Virus record (IMG/VR): IMGVR_UViG_3300021134_000001 | Span: 2,824 to 66,823 of that record | Origin: a virus | DNA: 64,000 nt | Strand: one strand, 5' to 3' | Part shown: positions 56,763-64,000 of the stretch, piece after piece | Layout: each line of letters begins with the position of its first letter | How positions within the stretch are numbered: position 1 is the stretch's first letter | Program-made: the position numbers and the translations under genes | The notes under the pieces: generated by a model | The model's database searches: none | What the model was told of the DNA's origin: nothing | Seen by the model: the letters and a program-made list of their open reading frames with translations, nothing else

Positions 56763-58232
56763 TTAAGAGTTAAACACACCTTTTAACATGAGATCCAAGG
56801 ATTCCATATCAATCTCCTTCTTTGCCTGATCTTCCTTTGGAGGAGTATCTTGCGGAGGTGTAGGAGGTGTAGGTGGAGTTACTGGCTGATTGGTAATCTG
56901 TTCCGCTTGAGCGTCAAGGTGAGCGGCTTGCGCTTCAACTTTATCATTCTCACGGCGATTGCGATCAGCGGCATTATCTGCGTTCTGTTGCATTGGTTGT
57001 ACTTGAGCCTGAGCAACAAGTTCATCGGCGACGCCAGGTACTGGAGCGAGATCTAACTTAGCGCGAGCTTCGTTAGGCTTCATAATACCGTTTAAAACAA
57101 GACCTTTTAACATCTCAGCCTTATTCATTAAATCAGCACGAGCCAGGTCACTAATGTCTAACATCATCTCTTCATCTTTTGGAATATCATAAGCGTACTC
57201 AAACGCCTGTTCGATAATCTGACAGATAGATAAGAGACCTGTAGTACGCCAACCATACATCAACTGTTCTAAGTTATTGTAGGTTACGCCAGAATTCTCG
57301 CCTAAAAGGATTGGTGGAATACCAAACGCTTTAGCGATATCTTTAGTAGTGAAACCGAGTAACTGAACTACTTGACTCTCATTGGCGGACGCTGAAGTCG
57401 CTTGCCAACGAAGACCATTAGATAGAATAGGCGTTTCACCTTGTTTCATCTTCTGCGACATATCATTCCAGCGATCGCGTAGACGATTAGCCTGTTCAGC
57501 GGTCAATGCGGCATCAGTAGTCAATACACCAGAAGGTTGCCCTTTGTTTGTATGGAATACTTCTTGACCGGCACGAAGCACGGAACCAAGACCGATTGAG
57601 TTCGCATAAGCGTGTAATGGAGCTAGAGCGCGTAATGGATTACGTGGATCGACTTCAAAACGACCGTGTGCGATGTATCGCTGAGGAATGTACATGCGAC
57701 CGTGTTCATCAGTCCATGTAGACCACTCAGGACCAAGATACTTAACGGCATCGTGGAAATTAACCTGATAGAAGATAGAACCATCTTCCGCAGCGATCAT
57801 CTGAAACTCATTTAATGGATGAATAGTTGACTGACGGCCGCGGCCATCTTCTTCAACAAAACAGGCGAATTCACCTTTAGTCAAAAGACCGTCTACTATT
57901 ACACCTATCATCTCGGCCCAAGTCATATAGATATTAGGACGATGAAAGACCTCGCTTAACGCGGAAGTATCTAAGACTTCGGTAACAGCGCCATCTTTAG
58001 TGCGGCGCACATGTTTCGTTGGTACTGCCATCAGCGCTCGTTTATAGAGACTAATGGCGGCAGACACATCAGGATTGTAGGACTTGCTTGCACCAGGCGT
58101 ATACCCTTGTTGGAACCAGCCAGGAGTAAAAGATTGAGGAAAGTATCCTTCAATCGTTTCCCAGCCGCCCATTGTAACTGTTTTCTCTTTGTCGGAAGCG
58201 ACGAGCGTTTTAATTCTATCGAGTAATCCCAT
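56763..58232 (-). CDS. HK97-family portal protein
   Basis: RPN.YMT, PSGVL, IAKAFGIPP.LLG, PNEAR. Confidence 0.93.
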   Translation of the reverse strand: MGLLDRIKTLVASDKEKTVTMGGWETIEGYFPQSFTPGWFQQGYTPGASKSYNPDVSAAISLYKRALMAVPTKHVRRTKDGAVTEVLDTSALSEVFHRPNIYMTWAEMIGVIVDGLLTKGEFACFVEEDGRGRQSTIHPLNEFQMIAAEDGSIFYQVNFHDAVKYLGPEWSTWTDEHGRMYIPQRYIAHGRFEVDPRNPLRALAPLHAYANSIGLGSVLRAGQEVFHTNKGQPSGVLTTDAALTAEQANRLRDRWNDMSQKMKQGETPILSNGLRWQATSASANESQVVQLLGFTTKDIAKAFGIPPILLGENSGVTYNNLEQLMYGWRTTGLLSICQIIEQAFEYAYDIPKDEEMMLDISDLARADLMNKAEMLKGLVLNGIMKPNEARAKLDLAPVPGVADELVAQAQVQPMQQNADNAADRNRRENDKVEAQAAHLDAQAEQITNQPVTPPTPPTPPQDTPPKEDQAKKEIDMESLDLMLKGVFNS

Positions 58233-58256
58233 AGGGATGCCTCCTTCCGATTATAG

Positions 58257-58837
58257 TTATACTGTTGGTGCTGGCTCTTCAGGTGTAACCTCAGGAGTTA
58301 CAGGTGTTGGCTCAGGCGTAACTTCAGGAGTTACTGGAGTTGGCTCAGGAGTTGGCGCTGGAGCTGGAACTGGTGTTGGCTCAGGCTTTGGCTCAGGAGC
58401 AGGCTTAGGCGTCTTAGGCGGAACTGGTGTATTACCAGACAAAGTCTTGATACCTACAGTTGCTAATGAGAAATCTGCACCAGCCGGAGCTTTTACAGGA
58501 GCAGCATTGTTATCAGGCGTTGGGGCAGTAGCAAAGTTTGTGCCAGCCATATCTAAGGCGTCGCCTGATGCTACAAAAGCTTTTGCTACTTTAGGTGGCA
58601 GACCGATAATGTTACCTGCATGCCATACGTTACCTTTACTGTCAGTAACAGGTTTGAGTGTTAAAACTGCATTCATTGTTCTTCTCCTTCATTGGAATTG
58701 GGTTCACTGTCTGCGTAAACTCCGCATCCAGATGAGACAATTGCGAGCGCAAGAGGAGTATCTACAAAGTAGAACTCATCTGCCTCAAATTTTTGATTTT
58801 GTAAAACGATCGTTTTGCCGATATACACTTCACGCAT
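58257..58837 (-). CDS. two small head-region proteins (about 58837-58673 and 58676-58257; second with PEPTPV repeats)
   Basis: ORFs between nrdB and portal. Confidence 0.6.
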
Positions 58838-58838
58838 G

Positions 58839-59822
58839 TTAGGCAGCCTTGCCCCAAACATCGTTCCATGAGCCAGATAAAGCGCCTTTGGCATAATCTG
58901 TAACGCGGTTTTCAAAGAAGTTACCATGAACAGGAGCGTTGATCATCTCCTCGACCCACGGCAATGGATTCTTTTTGCGTTTGAAGATGCCTTTGAGACC
59001 TAATGAAATTAAGCGTCTATCCGCAATGTAGCGAATGTATTCCTTAACATCATTAGAAGTCAAGTTGCGCATATCAGATCCAGCAAAAGATAGATCGATA
59101 AATTTATCCTCTAACTCTACCATCCGTTCGGCGATAGAATAGATTTTTGATTTGAGCTCATCGTTCCAAATCTCAGGATTCTCTTTAATATATTCTTTAA
59201 ACAATCTAATCATAGACTCAGAGTGCATTGTCTCGTCTATTATGCTCCATGTGATTATTTGTCCCATTCCTTTCATAAGACCGTGGCGAGCAAAATTCAA
59301 TAACATAATAAATGAGCTAAATAATTGCATACCTTCAGTAAACGCAGAGAATACCGCAATATGTTCAGCTGTAGAGGCAATTGTACCATTCTTTGAGCTA
59401 ATCTCTAATACATAATCGTGCTTATCTTTCATCTCCGTATATTCGAGAAAATCGGTATACGTTGATTCCGGCATTCCAAGAGTTTCAATCAAATGAGAAT
59501 AAGCTGCAATATGTAATGCTTCACGTGCAGCGAAACCCATTAACATCATTCTAACCTCAGGTTGAGGAAAATGCGGTAAATAGTTATTTACGTAGCCGCC
59601 TGCCACATCAATATCGCCTTGCGTAAAAAAGCGAAAGATATTTGTTAGGAACTGTTTTTCATGTGGTGTAAGCTTTCTCTTCCAATCCTTAACGTCTTCA
59701 GCCATTGGGACTTCAGAATGCATCCAGTGGGATTGTTCGTGTTTTAGCCACGAATCGTACGCCCAAGGATAATTAAAAGGTTTAAAAGAATTGCGAGTAT
59801 CTGTAAGTCTATGTTTTGTCAT
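58839..59822 (-). CDS. nrdB: ribonucleotide reductase class Ia beta subunit
   Basis: FFTQGD, REALH..AY, EGMQLFSSF, DETMH, NFFE. Confidence 0.96.
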   Translation of the reverse strand: MTKHRLTDTRNSFKPFNYPWAYDSWLKHEQSHWMHSEVPMAEDVKDWKRKLTPHEKQFLTNIFRFFTQGDIDVAGGYVNNYLPHFPQPEVRMMLMGFAAREALHIAAYSHLIETLGMPESTYTDFLEYTEMKDKHDYVLEISSKNGTIASTAEHIAVFSAFTEGMQLFSSFIMLLNFARHGLMKGMGQIITWSIIDETMHSESMIRLFKEYIKENPEIWNDELKSKIYSIAERMVELEDKFIDLSFAGSDMRNLTSNDVKEYIRYIADRRLISLGLKGIFKRKKNPLPWVEEMINAPVHGNFFENRVTDYAKGALSGSWNDVWGKAA

Positions 59823-60361
59823 AAATCTATCCAAGTATGTTGATAACCGGTCTTGCGCTCATAGGCAGAACGCTTACCCCAAGTGGTGATTTTCCCATCA
59901 TCGATAGACATTACACGTCGATTAGTCGTCTTACACCCGAGCTTACCTGCTTTAGATGTATTTCCTAATTCATGAGAGCGTTTGCCGCCAAGAGAGGTGC
60001 AGTTAGCCCAATGGCCTGATGCTACATTGGCCTTGCCTTGTATTGGGCCTCGAGTTTTTCCACCGATCTTACCAGCTTTTGAAGAAATACTTTGAAGATG
60101 ACCAGACTTTACATTAGTAAGACCGCCTTCGATTCTTCCTATACGCTGTGCTTCCCGCTGGGCTTCAGTAATTGTCAGCTGTCCACTTAAAGTTTTCCAA
60201 GCAACATTATCCTGCCATCTACCGTGCGTTTCAAATAAAACTCTATGCGCCTCTGCGTGCTCACTAATAGAAAGCTCTATTAAATTGCTAGGCTCGTCAG
60301 TCCCACCAGCATGTCGCGGGACAATATGGTGAGTATGAGTATGTTTCATGTTATCCTTCAC
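59819..60361 (-). CDS. free-standing HNH homing endonuclease
   Basis: HHIVP...GG.D...NLI.L...EH...H; between nrdA and nrdB. Confidence 0.87.
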   Translation of the reverse strand: MKDNMKHTHTHHIVPRHAGGTDEPSNLIELSISEHAEAHRVLFETHGRWQDNVAWKTLSGQLTITEAQREAQRIGRIEGGLTNVKSGHLQSISSKAGKIGGKTRGPIQGKANVASGHWANCTSLGGKRSHELGNTSKAGKLGCKTTNRRVMSIDDGKITTWGKRSAYERKTGYQHTWIDL

Positions 60362-62138
60362 AAGCGAGACACTCGCCGCCTTCTGTTAAATCGTGTAGGT
60401 TAATTTCTTTTATTACTTCACGTTCAATCTTCTTGGAGATTTTATCCGCTTTAGCGATCTTATCAGATCGACAATAGTACATAGTCTTAAGTCCTTGCTT
60501 CCAAGCTTGGAAATGGACCGCATGAATGTATTTGATATGGCTGTCAGGTCTAAAGAACACGTTTAATGACTGCGCTTGATCGATGAACTCTTGACGATCG
60601 GCAGCGTGTTGTACAACCCAACGTTGGTCGATTTCCATGGAAGTCTTAAAGACCTCTTTAGTCCAATCATCTAACCATGCTAGGTGTTGAACAGAACCAT
60701 CATTAGCGATAATACTTGACCACACCTCATCGTACTCGTTAGGCTTTAACTCTTTTACGATTTTATCCAAGTAACGATTACGATTGAAATGACTGCCAGA
60801 TAAAGTATCTTGGCGATAAGCATTTGCCCGATAGGGCTCAATAGAAGGACTAGTGTTGCCCATAAGAATAGAGCTGCTAGCGTTAGGAGCAATAGCCATA
60901 AGATGACTAAATCTATTACCAGTCCCAAGTGCATCTGGGGCTTCTCCTCGACGTGTGCCGAGTTCTTTGTTGGCTTCATCAAGTGATGTCCTAACATGTT
61001 GGAAGATTTTCTTATTGCGACCTATTGAGAGTGCTGATTCCCAGGGAAGATTATTTCGCTGAAGATAAGCATGCCAACCCAAAGCACCGATACCAATGCT
61101 GCGCTCACGTATTGCAGAATACTTAGCGCGTTTGATTGAGTCTGGAGCATTATCAATAAAATACTGAAGAACATTGTCAAGCATTTCGGCAACATCACGA
61201 AGAAATAGAGTGTCTGTTTTCCAGTCGTCATAGTATTCCAAGTTAAGGGAAGATAGGCAACAAACAGCAGTTCGCTTTTCATTAGTAGGGAGAATAATCT
61301 CGCTACATAAATTGGATTGGTGAACTTTAAGGCCTAACTCTTTTAAATGTTGAGGCAACGCGCGGTTAGAAGCATCGATAAAATGGAGATAAGGTTCTCC
61401 AGTTGTCATACGCAATTCTAAAATCTTTTGCCATAAATCTTTTGCAGATACTGTCTCGCGAATCTCTTTAGATGCAGGATCAATTAAGTTCCATGAATCA
61501 TCAAAATCAGAGTCTAACATAGACTTTTCAATGATTTCCATAAAGGCATCAGGAATATTTATACCGTGATGAAGATTCAATGTGCGCATATTTTGATCGC
61601 CAGTAGGCTTCCGCATTTCTAAGAATGAGATAATATCAGGATGTGAGATATCGAGATATGCGGCGTAAGAGCCTCTACGAGTTCTACCTTGACGGAAAGC
61701 CAAGGAAGACGCGTCGTACATCTTTAGGTGAGGCATAACACCAGTAGACTTATCGTCAGCTGATCTAATACCAAAGCCAATGCCAACGCCACCGCCCAGC
61801 ATTGAGAGCCAATTCGTCTCAGAGAGGTTATCCACCAAACCTTCAGACGAATCTTCAATATAATTAAGAAAACAAGAAATCGGTAATCCACGCTTACTCC
61901 GTCCAAATGATAAGATCGGCGTAGAGTACGACAACCAATGTTTACTACTATATTCATATAACCGCTGAGCGTGTTCAAGATCGCTACCAAAGGCGCGTGA
62001 AACAAAAGCAAAGCGTTCCTGAGGAGAACTTTCTTCCTCAGTCATGTAACTCTCTTTAAGTCGGATTAAACCTAACTCGTCAAATAGACTATCACGAGAA
62101 TAATCTACTGTGATATCGTGTACGATACCTTTGCTCAT
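60351..62138 (-). CDS. nrdA: ribonucleotide reductase class Ia alpha subunit (no ATP cone)
   Basis: ISCF, SNLCSE, APNASSS, KTMYY, C-terminal CLAC. Confidence 0.96.
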   Translation of the reverse strand: MSKGIVHDITVDYSRDSLFDELGLIRLKESYMTEEESSPQERFAFVSRAFGSDLEHAQRLYEYSSKHWLSYSTPILSFGRSKRGLPISCFLNYIEDSSEGLVDNLSETNWLSMLGGGVGIGFGIRSADDKSTGVMPHLKMYDASSLAFRQGRTRRGSYAAYLDISHPDIISFLEMRKPTGDQNMRTLNLHHGINIPDAFMEIIEKSMLDSDFDDSWNLIDPASKEIRETVSAKDLWQKILELRMTTGEPYLHFIDASNRALPQHLKELGLKVHQSNLCSEIILPTNEKRTAVCCLSSLNLEYYDDWKTDTLFLRDVAEMLDNVLQYFIDNAPDSIKRAKYSAIRERSIGIGALGWHAYLQRNNLPWESALSIGRNKKIFQHVRTSLDEANKELGTRRGEAPDALGTGNRFSHLMAIAPNASSSILMGNTSPSIEPYRANAYRQDTLSGSHFNRNRYLDKIVKELKPNEYDEVWSSIIANDGSVQHLAWLDDWTKEVFKTSMEIDQRWVVQHAADRQEFIDQAQSLNVFFRPDSHIKYIHAVHFQAWKQGLKTMYYCRSDKIAKADKISKKIEREVIKEINLHDLTEGGECLACEG

Positions 62139-62170
62139 GCACCACTCCTTGTATGTAAATAGATAAATAA

Positions 62171-62213
62171 AACTACTCTAACCCACTCCGAAGAATGGGC
62201 TAGATAGATTTAC
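62171..62213 (-). terminator. hairpin terminator after major capsid gene
   Basis: tctagcccattc-ttcg-gagtgggttaga followed by gtagtttt. Confidence 0.7.
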
Positions 62214-62245
62214 TTAATAGTTAAATTAAGAATCAAAACGCTGGA

Positions 62246-63520
62246 TTAAACTCCACCCAAACCGTCAACGATTTGTACAGAGCCACCGCGGATATCAGAC
62301 CAACCAGTTGTGGTGATCATGCGGATTGCCAACATGTCTTGCTGGAACATAGAAGCGTTCAAGCCAGGACCAGTTGTTGGGTTGTCAGCCATCTCTAGAG
62401 AAGCTGTATCGCTAACTGCGAATGAAGGAGTACCTAAACCGAAGTAAACTTCAGCAGCGTCAACCAACATGATGCTGTCAGCAGGAGCAGCGTTAGAAAC
62501 TAACACGTCCATACCTAACAAGCGACCAGATGACAACTCATTCTGGAACACGAAAGAACCAGTAGCAGTCATTGTCATGCTCAAGCCGAGGTGAACAGCA
62601 GGAGTCATGATAGCAACAGGCTTAGTTGTACGGTTCTGATTTGTCATAGCTGTGATAGCTTGTTTCAAAGCAGCGATAACTTCTGCAGTTGTTACGCCAG
62701 TAGCTGTGATTGGTGTTACACCATTCAACAAGCCAGCAGGTGACAATGGAGTTGCAGCAGCATTAGAGAATGCTACAGAGTCCAACAACGCAGCTGTATC
62801 ACGGATGATAGCATCACGGAGGATTGGCTCGATTGCAGGAGTAGAGCGACGTAGGATCTCAGAAGAGGCTACAGTGATTACACCTAACTTGCTAGCAGAA
62901 ACTTTCTTGCTGCCGAATGCAGTTTTCTTCACAGGGATGGATTGACCTTCACCGATGAAAGCACCAGCCAACGCGGTTGTAGAACCAGCGTAGAATGGGA
63001 TGATAACTTCATTGTTCTTGTCGAAAGACAAGCTTACGCCACCTTTAGCTGCCAACTGTGGCAACAAAGCAGCAGGACGGAGCAACTCAAGGAATGTGCC
63101 ATAAGATTCGCGAACGAGTTCTTGTGCCCAACCAGCAACGTCTGTACGAGCTTCTGGAGTAGCAGCTTTAGTAACAGCGTATGTGCCAGAATCTTGACCA
63201 TACAATGCTTCAGCAGCAGCCAATTGGCTCATGTTTTCTACTTTTGCCTTAACAGCAACCAACGCTTGCTTCTCGAAAGAATACTCATTAGCAGACTTGT
63301 TACGGATAAATGCAGGAGCAGACTTCTGTACTAATACAGCTTCAGCTTTCTCTAAAGACTCAACTTTAGCTTGGTCTTGTTCGATAGACTTAGTTAAAGT
63401 CTCGAGAGTTTCTGCGTCAACGTCTTGACCTTCAGCAGCAGCTTGAGCCAGAGTTGCGAGTTCAGATTTCTTAGCTTCGATAGCGGACTTAGCGGCTTCG
63501 ATTTTTTGTGAAATGGACAT
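62246..63520 (-). CDS. HK97-fold major capsid protein
   Basis: coiled-coil delta domain, EG..IP, PAGLLN, LLG..V..S, FQQD..AIR. Confidence 0.92.
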   Translation of the reverse strand: MSISQKIEAAKSAIEAKKSELATLAQAAAEGQDVDAETLETLTKSIEQDQAKVESLEKAEAVLVQKSAPAFIRNKSANEYSFEKQALVAVKAKVENMSQLAAAEALYGQDSGTYAVTKAATPEARTDVAGWAQELVRESYGTFLELLRPAALLPQLAAKGGVSLSFDKNNEVIIPFYAGSTTALAGAFIGEGQSIPVKKTAFGSKKVSASKLGVITVASSEILRRSTPAIEPILRDAIIRDTAALLDSVAFSNAAATPLSPAGLLNGVTPITATGVTTAEVIAALKQAITAMTNQNRTTKPVAIMTPAVHLGLSMTMTATGSFVFQNELSSGRLLGMDVLVSNAAPADSIMLVDAAEVYFGLGTPSFAVSDTASLEMADNPTTGPGLNASMFQQDMLAIRMITTTGWSDIRGGSVQIVDGLGGV

Positions 63521-63529
63521 ATTATTTCC

Positions 63530-64000
63530 TTATTTCTTTAAAACACTCTTAGCTTTATTATAAGCATCGAGTAATTGTTTATCTTTAATCTTTACTTGTC
63601 CAAAGACAGAGTTAGGATTATGGGTATTGCTAGATTTATGACCAGCAGCTAGAAGTGTTTGAGCCTTTTCAAGCGCCACAGAAAGTGGTAATGGTGTATC
63701 ATCGTCGACATCAATACCGGAATCGGCTCCGTCAACAGATACAAAGGTTTTAACTACATCATTACTAATGTCCAAGGATTTAGCGATCCTTATTGCGTTA
63801 GCGTTCGCAGGAACCGAGACGAGAGATACCTCACGTAATACGGCTTTGTGAACGATCATGCCACGGCTTGGTCGACCATTAGCGTCTTTTCTTTTCTCAA
63901 AGTTTTTGACACCAAAGCCAACAGAAGTGGCGTTTAAGATTCCAGCTTCAACCAAAGCATTGGCATATTTCAGCACATCGCTTACAGGTGGAGCTAGAGT
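63530..64000 (-). CDS. HK97-type prohead protease (5' end outside window)
   Basis: SVGF, LREVSLVSVPAN. Confidence 0.9.
   Translation of the reverse strand, partial: TLAPPVSDVLKYANALVEAGILNATSVGFGVKNFEKRKDANGRPSRGMIVHKAVLREVSLVSVPANANAIRIAKSLDISNDVVKTFVSVDGADSGIDVDDDTPLPLSVALEKAQTLLAAGHKSSNTHNPNSVFGQVKIKDKQLLDAYNKAKSVLKK

Noticed and set aside
57704-57716. CTGATGA on the minus strand in the portal gene (also near 46392)
   Set aside because: Within coding sequence, with no hammerhead stems or GAAA.
59819-60361. Group I intron or intein carrying the HNH in RNR
   Set aside because: nrdA ends with its CxxC tail and nrdB begins normally; the HNH overlaps both ends with no room for intron structure.
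1-64000. Stop-codon reassignment, diversity-generating retroelement or integrase
   Set aside because: Core genes are intact in code 11, the tRNA has a normal CCA anticodon, and no reverse transcriptase or integrase motifs were seen in the window.

Overview
The window is 64 kb of a lytic dsDNA phage genome. The IscU, ErpA and desaturase genes look proteobacterial, probably betaproteobacterial (inference). Two convergent transcription arms meet at about 30.3 kb. The + arm (1-30.2 kb) holds many small early genes, DNA ligase, a DNA methyltransferase, a T7-type RNA polymerase split into two genes in reversed order, a T7-like replication set (SSB, endonuclease I, primase-helicase, PolA, exonuclease), a T4-like alpha-glucosyltransferase, auxiliary metabolic genes (desaturase, IscU, ErpA/IscA, rubrerythrin, rubredoxin), tRNA-Trp and a ~1.1 kb island of structured non-coding sequence. 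The - arm holds HK97/lambda-like siphovirus morphogenesis genes (protease, capsid, portal, tail with a -1 frameshift chaperone, large fibre proteins), with nrdA-HNH-nrdB inserted between capsid and portal. The standout feature is nine intact hammerhead ribozymes on the coding strand at gene boundaries of the early/middle arm: eight type I and one type III. Each type I copy starts at or within 3 nt of an upstream stop codon, and most cut shortly before the next RBS. One pair brackets a 118-nt non-coding three-hairpin RNA. This looks like a self-processing polycistronic transcript. All calls come from motifs and base-pairing read by eye; no searches were run, and many small hypothetical ORFs are grouped.
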